Below, in pieces: positions 1 through 13,191 of a DNA stretch of 64,000 nt (position 1 is the stretch's first letter; every line of letters begins with the position of its first letter). Below the pieces are notes generated by a model. That model had not been told where the DNA came from and did no database searches. It saw only the letters and a list, made by a program, of their open reading frames with translations. The stretch covers positions 14,446,001 to 14,510,000 of the forward strand of contig OX597815.1 in NCBI GenBank assembly GCA_951406725.2, in the 5' to 3' direction. This stretch comes from Octopus vulgaris. Its lineage: Eukaryota. The translations under genes were made by a program, and so were the position numbers.

Positions 1-843
1 ATGTTTACATTCTTAAGGTAGATTCCCTGGTAAAAGTCACAAACAGCATTCCGTATTATACTATTATACAGGCGTTAGTCTAAAATTTCGGAGTCTCAAG
101 CAGCCGTCTTATGAACAAATTCGAGGTTGCCTCGATGTCTCCGTGACAGGATATTCGTCCAGCACTCAGGATAATCACCGTGGCGATCGTTAACCAAACC
201 TAGGGGAAGCTTTTGTTAGCTGACGTCATCCGTAAACGGGTTGATTTCTAAGAAATTAAACCCATTAAATTTTAATTGGACTATTTATTGCTGCTGGGAA
301 CTGGCGCGCCGATCATCGTAAAGTCGATCGGCTGTAAGTCGGATTGGTCGTAAGTGGACGATGACCTGTATAATGAAAAGAAAAAAACAACGGGGAATTT
401 ATTTTGTTTTATATGTTTACATTCTTAAGGTAGATTCCCTGGTAAAAGTCACAAACAGCATTCCGTATTATACTATTATACAGGCGTTAGTCTAAAATTT
501 CGGAGTCTCAAGCAGCCGTCTTATAAACAAATTCGAGGTTGCCTCGATGTCTCCGTGACAGGATATTCATCCAGCACTCAGGGCCGATAATCACCTTGTG
601 GCGATCGTTAACCAAACCTAGGGGAAGCTTATATATGTATATATATCTATCTATCCGTAGACGGGTTGATTTCTAAGAAATTAAACCCATTAAATTTTAA
701 TTGGACTATTTATTGCTGCTGGGAACTGGCGCGACCGATCATCGTAAAAAGAATAAGTCCCGGAGTCGGTTGCCGTAGGTCGCATTTCTCGTAAGTGGAC
801 GACGACCTGTATAATGAAAAGGTAAAACAACGGGAAATTTATT
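1..843. repeat. Tandem duplication, ~412 bp period, two imperfect copies
   Basis: atgtttacattcttaaggtagattccctgg occurs at 1 and again at 413; the copies differ mainly by small indels. Confidence 0.9.
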
Positions 844-1107
844 TAACTTTCCACTAGGATACCTTTGTTTCATATGATCAATATTCCGATACGTTATTCA
901 TGCAGATACCTAAGGATATGAGGGCATGAAGAGATATTTTGTCTTCTACAAATTAAATATTTTCTTTTAATGTTTCAAAATCGGAACTTGTCCAGGCTAT
1001 AAAGATGACAAAAGACTTTTTTTATTGCTGTCATTAACTAAAGGTTTGCATTTAATAGTAGTGAGTATAGCACAGCTTTTCAACACCAAAATATGTACAC
1101 CTAAACT

Positions 1108-1324
1108 CTTTACTCTTTTTACTCTTTTACTTGTTTCAGTCATTTGACTGCGGCCATGCTGGAGCACCGCATTTGATCGAGAGCAAATCGACCTCGGGAC
1201 TTATACTTTGTAAGCCCAGTACTTATTCTATCGGTCTCTTTTGCCGAACCGCTAAGTGACGGGGACGTAAACACACCAGCATCGGTTGTCAAGCAATGCT
1301 AGGGGAACAAACACAGACACACAA

Positions 1325-1355
<31 letters not shown>

Positions 1356-1528
1356 CATATATACGACGGGCTTCTTTCAGTTTCCGTCCACCAAATCCAC
1401 TCACAAGACATTGGTCGGCCCGGGGCTATAGCAGAAGACACTTGCCCAAGATGCCACGCAGTGGGACTGAACCCAGAACCATGTGGTTGGTTAGCAAGCT
1501 ACTTACCACACAGCCACTCCTGCGCCTA
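1108..1528 (-). mobile_element. SINE family A (tRNA-like head, CORE-like segment, internal microsatellite, (AGTAAAAG)n tail)
   Basis: Minus strand reads GGCGCAGGAGTGGCTGTGTGGTAAG...GGTTCAGTCCC...CTTGGGCAAG; many near-identical copies in the window. Confidence 0.9.
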
Positions 1529-1814
1529 TGTGTGCTTAATTTTCTTTGTACTGCTTTAATATATAATTATGTAGAGAAAACCGACCCTTAAATTCTCTCG
1601 CTATCATTCCTTTATAATCAATGCCGTCTGGGTTACACAACGTTGGCTGCATATATAGCAACGTTGGCTGCATATATAGCTGATTTCCAGGGTAGGTTTT
1701 TCATTGACTTTTCAATTTTATTCAATTTTTCCCTTAAAATAGTACTTTGCGCATAATATTAATTTATGCAAGCTAATTTTATTGATAATTTTATATTATA
1801 CATATACATACAAT

Positions 1815-2043
1815 AGACGCAGGAGTGGCTGTGTGGTAAGTAGCTTGCTAACCAACCACATGGTTCCGGGTTCAGTCCCACTGCGTGGCATCTTGGGCAA
1901 GGGTCTTCTGCTATACCCTCGGGCCGACCAATGCCTTGTGAGTGGATTTAAGAATAAGTCCCAGGGTCGATTTGGTCGACTAAAAGGCGGTGCTCCAGCA
2001 TGGCCGCAGTCAAATGACTGAAACAAGTAAAAGAATAAAGAGT
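1815..2043 (+). mobile_element. SINE family A, internally deleted
   Basis: Same head and tail as 1108-1528, middle missing. Confidence 0.88.
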
Positions 2044-2204
2044 ATACCCTAACATTATTCATTTACAGAGAAAATGAAATCCTAATTAAAAGACACATTT
2101 TCTTTTCATTTGCATTTTTAATTTATTTTATTGCTTCTTCAAATACTATTATGCGTTTCATTTTTAATAGTTAGAGTGATTCCCAGTAGGCATATGAATG
2201 AATG

Positions 2205-2589
2205 TGGAGGCGCAATGGCCCAGTGGTCAGGGCAGCGGACTCGCGGTCGTAAGATCGCGGTTTCGATTCCCAGACCGGGCGTTGTGAGTGTTTATTGAGC
2301 GAAAACACCTAAAGCTCCACGAGGCTCCGGCAGGGGATGGTGGTGATCCCTGCTGTACTCTTTCACCACAACTTTCTCTTACTCTTACTTCCTGTTTCTG
2401 TTGTACCTGTATTTCAAAGGGCCGGTCTTGTCACTCTCTGTGTCACGCTGAATATCCCCGAGAACTACGTTGAGGGTGCACGTGTCTGTGGAGTGCTCAG
2501 CCACTTACACGTTAATTTCACGAGCAAGCTGTTCCGTTGATTCGGATCAACCGGAACCCTCATCGTCGTAACCGACGGAGTGCTTCCAC
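2205..2589 (+). mobile_element. SINE family B (tRNA-derived head)
   Basis: GTGGAGGCGCAATGGCCCAGTGG (A-box-like) and GGTTTCGATTCCC (B-box-like); ends CGTAACCGACGGAGTGCTTCCA; repeated elsewhere in the window. Confidence 0.9.
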
Positions 2590-2713
2590 CATGAATGAAT
2601 AAGCGTCTACATGTAAATAGCTACACAGAACATATTAACACAGGGTTGCATGCACATACATATGTTAAACCGTTCAAATAAATACTTCTACATACAGATG
2701 CTGTCATATGGAG

Positions 2714-3082
2714 TGGAAGCACTCCGTCGATTACGACGACGAGGGTTCCGGTTGATCCGAATCAACGGAACAGCCTGCTCGTGAAATTAACGTGTAAGTG
2801 GCTGAGCACTCCACAGACACGTGTACCCTTAACGTAGTTCTCGGGGATATTCAGCGTGACACAGAGAGTGACAAGGCCGGCCCTTTGAAACAGGAAGTAA
2901 GAGTGAGAGAAAGTTGTGGTGAAAGAGTACAGCAGGGATCACCACCATCCCCTGCCGGAGCCTCGTGGAGCTTTTAGGTGTTTTCGCTCAATAAACACTC
3001 ACAACGCCCGGTCTGGGAATCGAAACCGCGATCCTATGACCGCGAGTCCGCTGCCCTAACCACTGGGCCATTACGCCTCCAC
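2714..3082 (-). mobile_element. SINE family B
   Basis: Reverse complement of 2205-2589. Confidence 0.9.
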
Positions 3083-3217
3083 AATGCTGTCATATATACA
3101 GTAAGCAGTTGAAACGAAAACAATGATATCAAATACATTTACGTGATAGGATCTACAAACGCAACTAGAAACTAACATACAGTCAGCGTAATGATGGTAA
3201 CTCCCTTTCTCTCTCTC

Positions 3218-3632
3218 TCTTTTTACGCTTTTACTTGTTTCAGTCATTTGACTGCGGCCATGCTGGAGCACCGCCTTTAGTCGAGCAAACCGACCCCCGG
3301 GACTTATTCTTTGTAAGCCCAGTGCTTATTCTATCGGTCTCTTTTGCCGAACCGCTAAGTTACGGGGACGTAAATACACCAGCATCGGTTGTCAAGCGAT
3401 GTTGGGGGGGACAAACACAGACACACAAACATATACACACACATACATATATATATACATATATATACGACAGGCTTCTTTCAGTTTCCGTCTACCAAAT
3501 CTACTCACAAGGCATTGATCAGCCCGGGGCTATAGCAGAAGACACCTGCCCAAGATGCCACGCAGTGGGACTGAACCCGGAACCATGTGGTTGGTTAGCA
3601 AGCTACTTACCACACAGCCACTCCTGCGCCTA
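3218..3632 (-). mobile_element. SINE family A
   Basis: Near-identical to 1108-1528. Confidence 0.9.
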
Positions 3633-4279
3633 TAACAAACAATGATAACAACCAATGAGAATGCACAGTATGCATTTCAAACCCAATGACATAAAGAGTT
3701 TCTTTGCATTTTTATTTTAAAGCAACACACGGTGTATAATTTGAGGAGTCAAAACAGCAAAATTATTACTACACACACACACACATACGCAATACAACGT
3801 TTAGTAGAAACCTAATGCTAATTTTAAGACAACTTCAAGCTTTAAATGTAAAAATCTAATCAGATATGAATGCAATTTGCTATTCTTTTCATGCACTGAA
3901 CAATGGAGGATATTGTCGTAAAATGCTTCACAGTCTGTTAACAATAAATAAGTAACCCTTCCTCTTTCCGCTCACCCAGTGAACTACATACTGAGTTCTA
4001 TTTAAATCAAACACAAACAAGAACTCCGCTATAATGTTACACTAATTTTCATACAATTTTTGGCGAAGCGGTTAAAATATTAATACTTATTTATGCACAT
4101 GACGTATATATGAAACCCATGATGAATTTTAGTTAGCTAAACTGCAGCCTTAAAGCCTGTGCAATGAAATTCGAAACAGGTGTAAATATATCTTCTTATT
4201 CTCTTCGTACACAGAAAAATGAAACATGTCGTCACACGTTTCAATGTTCATTGGTCACACGTATATATGCATTATATAA

Positions 4280-4280
<1 letters not shown>

Positions 4281-4322
<42 letters not shown>

Positions 4323-4348
4323 CATACATACATACATACATACATACA

Positions 4349-4394
<46 letters not shown>

Positions 4395-4457
4395 CATACA
4401 TACATACATACATACATACATACATACATACATACATACATACATACATACATACAT
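4281..4457. repeat. (TA)n/(TACA)n microsatellite
   Basis: Seen directly; explains the YI/HTYI ORFs. Confidence 0.95.
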
Positions 4458-4949
4458 CGCTTCGAGCCAAGCTGGTTGAAAGACCCTGAACGAAACTGCA
4501 TAGAAAATTATGCCCGGTTGGATATGCAACTACTCATACTCTATGCAACGGAAACACGTGTAGGTTGTCGTAACCATAAAAATATGCTGTGTGACATTGT
4601 AAAATAAAAGGGAATATATTTTGAGGATGTACCAGTCTCCATATTCTCTATCGTTATAATTACTGTTAATATACACTCCAAATAATATTACCATTTAGTG
4701 AAGCGAAGACGGAATTACCCATAGGAAGAATTTGCAGCGTGAGTGACAACTCCTAGTAGTCATACACGTTAAATACTAATCGTTGTGGTTAGCCGTAACC
4801 TGGAACATAACTGAGAGCCAACATGGTATACACCTGGATAATATATCCCTCTAAACTCACTATTGTATATACATTACAGTATGAAAGACAAGTAATAAAA
4901 AGAAACATAAAATCTACCTGTTAACTTTACTTCATCATTTGTTATTCAC

Positions 4950-5230
4950 TGTCAAAATTATCGTCGCACAATTTGTGACCTGGTCTCTGACGCAGTTCTA
5001 CATCAACTCGTCTGACACCCTCTTTGGGGTAATTTTCGGTGAGATGTAGTGTTTTATGAAATGAAGTTATTGCATAGTTGCAATCTTCTTTAGGCAACAT
5101 GTAAGTCTTCCTAAGAATGTTTGTAGCCTAGTTGAATCAGAATTTCGGAATTTGTATTTTCATCTCAGACCAGTTGCAGTGGAGCTGTGTCAGGGATCAC
5201 GTTGCAGATAGTGCGACGAAAATGTTAACA
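4950..5230 (+). repeat. Diverged inverted repeat (~67 bp arms), long hairpin
   Basis: 4950-5016 aligns to the reverse complement of about 5164-5230. Confidence 0.75.
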
Positions 5231-6212
5231 CCAAACAAATGGATGATCAAATGAAGGTTTTTTTGCTTGTATTTTTGAATGTTTAATACTTATCTCATAC
5301 CATGTAATTGTTTCAGTCACAACACGTGACTTCAGAGACCTCTAACAAAGATGTTGGCACGAAATAATTCGTTCAGATTTTGGCACAAGCTCGGCAGTTT
5401 TCAGGAAAGGGATATTTAGTCGTTCACATCGACCCCAGAGCTCCACTAGTAGTCATTTTGTCGACCCCGAAAGGATGAAAAGCAAAGATGACATAGGTGA
5501 GATTTAAAGCTATAGTGTAAAGGGCCGAAATAAATTCTGCCAAGCATTTTGTGAGACTTACTGACGACTCTGCCAGCTTCTTGTCGTCTATCTTGACACT
5601 AAATAATAAATAAGTGAAGTTTTTTTGTGTTTTTTGGTTGACTAATATTTGTTTTCCATGCTTTAATTGCTTTTGTTTCAATTCACGGTCTCAAATCAAA
5701 TTACTTACCAGACAAGTACGATTCCAAATTATATATATTATATATTATATATCTATGCATTTGTGTATGTGCATGCATGTTTCTGTACTCAAGCGTATAT
5801 GGATGTAGATGTATACATATACTCACATGCATGCACGCAGAACCACACATACATACATACATACATACATACATACATACATACATACATACATACATAC
5901 ATACATACATACATACATACATACATACATACAATATTGAGAGAGTATGGTCTGGGAAAAGTTTCTAAATTAATTTATCCGTGCACGTTTAATCAACATT
6001 TATTCTTCGTTTTGCAAATAGTCTCGTGGTTATTCCATCGGACTCTTTTTGAAGAACGAACTGTGGATCAATTCGACTAGTTTAGTCTGTCTTTACAAAC
6101 TTAAATGGTGTGTACTTTATCATCTCAAGGGACAGAGTGAGTGAGAAAGAGAGAACTAGCTGAATGAAAATTCTATTAAAAAATAGGCACTGCTTTGATT
6201 CATTTATATTTC

Positions 6213-6345
6213 ACTAGCAGTATCGCCCGGCGTTGCTCGGGTTTGTAAGGGAAATAACTATATAAGCATTTTTAGAGATGTAAAGTATAATAGCCATCTC
6301 AATATGGCTAACCACAAACGGATAGTTACTGTAGCTGTTTACAGT
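6213..6345 (-). mobile_element. Non-autonomous Helitron 3' end
   Basis: Minus strand has the CCCGAGCAACGCCGGG hairpin then CTGCTAGT; same family as 34428 and 41907. Confidence 0.75.
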
Positions 6346-6346
6346 C

Positions 6347-6393
<47 letters not shown>

Positions 6394-6479
6394 AATAGAT
6401 AGATAGATGGATAGATGTAGATCAGATAGATAGATAGAGAGATAGATAGATAGATAGATAGATAGATAAAATGTGGAAG

Positions 6480-6526
<47 letters not shown>

Positions 6527-6548
6527 AGATAGATTCGTTGGATGGATG

Positions 6549-6642
<94 letters not shown>

Positions 6643-6650
6643 GACAGAGA
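6346..6650. repeat. (GATA)n microsatellite
   Basis: Seen directly. Confidence 0.95.
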
Positions 6651-6833
6651 GAAATTCTGTAGTGCTGTAAAGGTAGTAGAGCACTGAAAGAAAGCAGTGT
6701 TAGCATAGTAATTTATTAATCAAATTAGCTGCCAAGAATAACACATTCTTGATTAAATATATTACTTAAGCCCTAAGCAGCAGCAACAAATTTATAATCA
6801 GTATTCTCAGTAGACAATTAAAGAAGATAATTT

Positions 6834-6880
6834 GTCACTGATGAAATCCTAACATAGGATGGAAACTAGACCGGTTGATT
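6834..6880 (+). ncRNA. Degenerate hammerhead-like motif
   Basis: CTGATGA (6838), ATCCT/AGGAT stem II, GAAAC; stem III and cleavage triplet are disrupted. Confidence 0.4.
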
Positions 6881-7027
6881 CTTTTCTCGCAATGTAGATA
6901 TATTTGTGTATAAAACAACAAATTGTTTACATTTGTCTATTATGTATGTAAAAAGGCAAACTGTCAACACTTCTGCGGGGCATAGAAGCTAGAGTAAAAA
7001 TCTATATATACTCTTGTACAGTATAGC

Positions 7028-7058
<31 letters not shown>

Positions 7059-7205
7059 TTCAAGAACCGAAACATGTTATAATGTATATATAAAAATTAA
7101 AATTTGTCTAATATAACAGCATTTTCGAACTTCATTTTTTACAAATATATACCCACTCGTATACGAGCTAATCTTATTATAAATATATATATATATGCGT
7201 GTATA

Positions 7206-7429
7206 CAATAATCCCTCGCCATATCGCGGTTCACCTATCGCGGTTTATTATTTAAGCTTACGTCAATTCCTCAATGGTGTTGTTTTGCATTTATAATAAA
7301 ATAAATATATGCAAATTATAAAAATAATTTTAAAAATATATACTGTACAGTACTGTTTCTACTTCGCGGATTTTCACCTAACGCGGGGTGTTTTGGAACG
7401 TAACACCCGCGATAGTCGAGAGATTACTG
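7206..7429. mobile_element. Tc1/mariner-pogo-type MITE
   Basis: TIR CAATAATCCCTCG ... CGAGAGATTACTG flanked by TA on both sides. Confidence 0.75.
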
Positions 7430-7450
7430 TATGTGTATGTATTCATGCAT

Positions 7451-7869
7451 ACTCTTTACTCTTTTACTCTTTTACTTGTTTCAGTCATTTGACTGCGGCC
7501 ATGCTGGAGCACCACCTTTAGTCGAGCAAATCGACCCCGGGACTTATTCTTTGTAAGCCCAGTACTTATTCTATCGGTCTCTTTTGCCGAACCGCTAAGT
7601 GACGGGGACGTAAACACACCAGCATCGGTGGTCAAGCAATGCTAGGGGGACAAACACAAACACACACACACACACACACACACATACATATATATATACA
7701 TATATACGACAGGCTTCTTTCAGTTTCCGTCTACCAAATCCACTCACAAGGCATTGGTCGGCCCGGGGCTATATAGCAGAAGACACTTGCCCAAGATGCC
7801 ACGCAGTGGGACTGAGCCCGGAACCATGTGGTTGGTTAGCAAGCTACTTACCACACAGCCACTCCTGCA
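7451..7869 (-). mobile_element. SINE family A
   Basis: Near-identical to 1108-1528. Confidence 0.9.
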
Positions 7870-8574
7870 TGTATATTATGTATGTAATAATGTATGGATG
7901 CATGTTTGTATATATTTGCGTAAAAACATGTGTGACGTATTTCTATATCATTTACCTCCAGCAGACACCTAAATGCACAAACACATCTTATATCATTTAG
8001 TTTCCTTGTTTACCAATAAATAGCTTCGCATTTGGAACAGCGCAGTCTACACTTTTGGCAACAGAAGTTCGATTTCATCAGCTATCCTGGCGCCATATGC
8101 CAAAGTTACTCGCTGAAAATTCTGCTGCTGCTGCAACAACAACAGCAAATATATGAGCAACAACAACAATACAAAACAAGGCAAAACAAGAAAATATAAT
8201 AAAGAAAAGAGATATGGAAAAAATACAAAGAAGAATGGAAATATTGAAATTATTTTTTTTTTTTTAGATGTGTTTGCCGTTGTTGTTGTTGATGTTGTTT
8301 CGGCAGTTGCAGTTGTTGATTTTGCTGCTGTAGCTGCTACTGCTGCTGCTGCTGCCGTTGCAGTTGTTGTTGCTGTTGGTGGCGATGGTGGGGGTTGAAG
8401 GAAGAATTTGAGGTTGGGTTGGTGGGTGGGTGGATGGGTGAGTTGTGAATATCTAGAATCTACCGGCTGTCGTAGAGAGAAAAAACTCTAAGAGGATTTT
8501 AGTTCCACTGAACTACGCCAAAGTATCACTATTCTGTAATACCTCTATCTACGACCAGCAGCAGTGGTTGTCAG

Positions 8575-9670
8575 ACATCATCATCATCATCATCATCATC
8601 ATTATCGTCATCGTCGTCGTCATCGTCATCAACAACAACATTACCATCATCATCATCGTCATCATCATCACCGTCATCATCATCCTCACCATCATCATTG
8701 TAATTATCATTATCATCATCATCGCCACCACCAGCACCATCATCATCATTGTCATTAACATGATCATCGTATTCATCATCATCATTATCATTATCGTCGT
8801 CGTCGTCGTCGTAGTTGTTTTCATCATCGTCGTCGTCATCGTCATTATCATCAACATCATCATCATCACCATCTTCATGGTCATCATCATCACCATCATC
8901 ATTGTAATTATTATCATCATCATCACCACCATGATCATCGTATTCATCATCGTCATTGTCGTCGTCGTCATCGTCTTCGTCGTCGTCGTCGTCGTCATCA
9001 TAGTCTCATATACAACAACAACAACAACACCAACAACATCGTTCTATGACTACTCATGACACACTACTATCATAGCCATCAGTACTCATCGTCGTTGTCG
9101 TCTTCGCTATCATCTTCATCGATCTACAACTACTAATGACACACACTGCTACAACCATTTTGACTATCCTTGTCGACACTAATGGCCCCCACACCGACAA
9201 TACCACCGCCTCTGTCTCCGCCGCCTCCGTCTCCGCCGACTCTGCCGCCACGATCAATATCACAAGCATAATCATTACTTCTTAAACTAACAACTACTAC
9301 TACTATTACAACCACCGGCACTACCACCGCCACTGTTCCACACTATAACACCACTGTCACCATCATCACATACCACACCACCACCACTGCTGCTCTCACT
9401 ACTGCTACAGGCACCACCACCACCACCACAACCATTGCCACTATAACTACCACTACGGTCACCATCACCATACTACAATCATCATCACCGTTGTCACTAT
9501 CACCTCCACCGCCGTTGCCATGGCCACTAACACCCGCCACAACCTTCTTCGCCATGATTGCTGCCACCATTACCACCACCACCACCACCACCACCACCAC
9601 TACTACTACTGCCACCACCTTAACAACATAACAATAAATATCCAAAATTAAAATCATCAACATCACGAAT
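8575..9670. repeat. (ATC/GTC/ACC/ACT)n low-complexity region
   Basis: Seen directly. Confidence 0.9.
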
Positions 9671-9784
9671 TACTACACAATCAACAAGCCAAAAAGTGAA
9701 ACTCTATGTCGTTGCTCGGTTTGCTAGAAGTGGTAACCAAATTCCCTAAAAATAAATACTACCTTTTTGAAGGATATATTGCTT

Positions 9785-10013
9785 GGCGGCGAGCTGGCAG
9801 AAACGTTAGCACGCCGGGCGAAATGCGTAGCCGTAGTTCGTCTGCTGTTACGTTCTGAGTTCAAATTCCTCCGAGGTCGACTTTGCCTTTCATCCTCTCG
9901 GGATCGATACATGAAGTACCAGCTGCGCACTGGGATCGATATAATCGACTTAATCCGTTTGTCTGTCTTTGTTTGTCCTCTCTGTGTTTAGCCCCTTGTG
10001 GGTAGTAAAGAAA
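9785..10013 (+). mobile_element. SINE family C (Meta-domain-like)
   Basis: GGCGGCGAGCTGGCAGAAACGTTAGC head, GAGTTCAAATTCC B-box, GCCTTTCATCC...GATCGATA...AAGTACCAG central segment resembling the MetaSINE domain. Confidence 0.85.
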
Positions 10014-11306
10014 TATATATTGCTCGGTGTAGTTTTAAATGTACAAAATTAAAACAGATGATCCAATCTGACGGTTAAACAGAGGTTATACGATCGACAA
10101 CACCACCACCCCATAACTATTACCACCGCCATATCTCCCATCAACACTATTATAACTAGTACTTCAACATCATCACCAATACTATTAATGCCACTGTCAT
10201 CAAAATGACAAGTAAAACCTAAAATTTCTAAAGACATTTCTCGCTTTAGCTTTGTAAGATCAGGCGTAGTGAAGATGCGGGTCTGTGGCTACGTTGGTTT
10301 AGATTGTGGTTATATACATGTTTAATGAGATTTAGCATGTCTCGGTTTTAGTGTGATCGGCCTCAAAGTCTTTGTTCGCGGATAACTTAGTAGTATCTTG
10401 ATAATACTTGGTGGAACTTATTATAATTTCACGATATTTTCGAAAGCAACATACCTGAGTAGTATACACAACTGCTGGTGAATGCTGAATATGCGTGTCA
10501 AAGATGTATGAAAGAAGAAGCAAAGTTAGTAGTATGGTGTCGTCTGCATAGAATTTTTCTATCAGTGAAAAGCAGTGTGTCCCACGACATAGTAACATTA
10601 TTACTTTATTTGCTCTGTCTCTTTGCTTTCTTTCTTTTTTTTCTTCTTTTTTTTCTCGTCGGGATTCCATAATAACGACAGAATTTCAATACTAATATTA
10701 GAACCACCAGTGTATTAGATTTGTCGTCTGTTTCAGACAATACCGAAACAACGAGACTGATTGCTTTTTGTAGCTTCCCACACTCCGTCTGTTTTGCTGC
10801 TATTTTGTTTATGTTCGCTTTGCATTTTCATAGTAATTCTTGTAGTAAAAAAAGGCTTAGCCAAATAGAACTACTATCATCATCGTCATTGTTCTCATTA
10901 CTTTCATCATCATAATCTCCATTATCACCATCGTTTATATTACATCATCATAAACTCATCATCTTATTTCTCATCATAATCTTGTTTCTTATCATCACTA
11001 AAACCAACTGAGAGACTTATGGCTCATCAGTTCGTCTCTCGTATTCCCAACAAGAAACAAACAGTTTTAAGAGGATGGGTGTAAGGTACGCGCAGATATG
11101 CAAGTAAGAAAAAAGGGGAGAAATTTTTCGCCTACATAGTCAGAAAGCGCCTGGAAAGTATCTGGAGTGTTGTTTCGTATTCTAGAAACAGCAAGACGTG
11201 TGTCCATAGAAGCCTTGTCAGGAAGTGAGGAAATCTCTAACTGATGAGTATCAGGGGAATTTACACTAACTCATGTGTGCACGTGTGTGTGTGTGTATGT
11301 GTGTGT

Positions 11307-11372
<66 letters not shown>

Positions 11373-11884
11373 GTGACTGATTTATGAAACTGCCCATTCA
11401 CGTCATGCCACAAACTATAGATAAGATGATTTTTGTGTAGAAATGGTAGAGGAACTTAGTTGAAGATAATCCTCTCATGATATTCCTCCCATGAAAATAG
11501 TTGGTAATGTCAGGTACAGATTACACTTGTCAAATTCCTTGGCCATTTTCATATTAAAGGGTTTCAAAGTCGATTATTTTAATAGATGACATAAAATCAG
11601 GTTACCTCAAGTGCAATGATACTAACCAGTTCAAGACTTTCTGGACAAATGCAAAATATAACTCTCTTTCGACCAACTCTGATATCGAAACAACAGCTAC
11701 ATCTATCAAAAGAGAAACACCTGAAGAACGAAAATACTCAAAATACAATTTACCTCGCATCTCTTGCAAATGCCGTTGAGGGGCATGCTACCTCAAGCAG
11801 CACAAACCATGAATCTTTTCTGCTTTTGTCATATTCTTCATCTGCACTTATCACTTTCATGTATTTTATGTAGTTTGTTCTTAG

Positions 11885-12690
11885 TGCTTGCTAAGCCTCC
11901 GTTTTTGGTTTTAAATCACTTTTAATCATCCACAGCCGTCTTTTTTCTCTCTCAGTCTTATCTTCAACATCTCTATGAAATTGTCCATGCATTCTTTTCT
12001 TTACCCACCTATTTTCAGTTTCATTCGTTTTCAATTTCTTGTACAGTGCTTTATCTTTGCAATCTTTCAGCCTACACAAGCCTGACCTTCCTACTAGTAA
12101 TAGCGGTTCTGTGGCATTTTTTACATACCATGCTATGTTGTTTTCTTCTGCTCTAATACTGTGTTCGCATCCAATAAGTCCTCTTCCCCAACTTTTTCTT
12201 CGTACATATAGTCTGTCTGTGTCACTTTTTGGGTGGAGTGACCCATATCTAGTTAGCAACTTCTTTGTCTTTCTGTCTAAGCTGTTTTTCGTCTACTGTT
12301 CATGCGTTTATCCCTACTCCATATCTAAGGAGTGAAACCGCCCAGGTGTTGATAGCTTCGATCTTATTCCATCCGTTTGATTTCGATTTAAGGATCAGTC
12401 TCAGTCTACGCAAGTACTCCACCTTAATTTTTTCTGTCATTTCTTTCTCCATCAATTTATCCATTACCAAATTCCCAAATACATATAGCCCGTCTCTTCT
12501 ATCTGCTTCATAACCTCCCCCGACGGTATCGTTAGCCCGTCCATACATTTGATTTTGCCTCTCTTCAAGACTAACACTCCACACTTTCTCAGTCCGAACT
12601 CCATTCTGATATCAGCACTGAAGGTCTATACCGTATCAACGAGGGAACTGACTCGGGCTTCATCTTTACCATGAAGTTTAAGGCCATGCA
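11885..12690 (-). mobile_element. R4/Dong-like non-LTR retrotransposon RT fragment (pseudogene)
   Basis: Peptides NKIEAINTWAVSLLRYG and GSLHPKSDTDRLYVRRKSWGRGLIG, broken by frameshifts; adjacent to an (ATT/ATC)n tract. Confidence 0.8.
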
Positions 12691-12794
12691 TAAATAACAA
12701 ATGGTTGACTTTTTGTTGGCAGCTTTTGAATACGAACCCAGCTTTTGCTTTCCCCATAATCATTGTCAGTGGTATCAAACACAGTACAAAGATC

Positions 12795-12938
12795 AATTAT
12801 TGTTATTATTATTATCATCATCATCATCATCATCATCATTATCATCATCATCATTACTATTATCATTATTATTATTATTATTACTGTTATCATCATCATC
12901 ATCATCATTATTATCATCATCATCATCATCATCAACAA

Positions 12939-12989
<51 letters not shown>

Positions 12990-13057
12990 CATCATTATTG
13001 TTATTATTATTATTATTATCATCATTATTGTTATTATTATTATTATTATTATCATCA

Positions 13058-13091
<34 letters not shown>

Positions 13092-13191
13092 CATCATTAT
13101 TGTTATTATTATTATTATCATCATTATTATTATTATCATCATTATTGTTATTATCATCATCATCATCATCATCATCATTATTATTATTATT
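12795..13191. repeat. (ATT/ATC)n microsatellite
   Basis: Seen directly. Confidence 0.95.

Noticed and set aside
1286-3645. Recurrent ORFs such as MPRSGTEPGTMWLVSKLL and MVVIPAVLFHHNF
   Set aside because: They are SINE sequence read in frame and recur with every copy.
4943-5111. Open minus-strand frame KTYMLPKEDCNY...DSE* after an AG
   Set aside because: Overlaps one arm of an inverted repeat and has no linked upstream exon; better explained as a hairpin.
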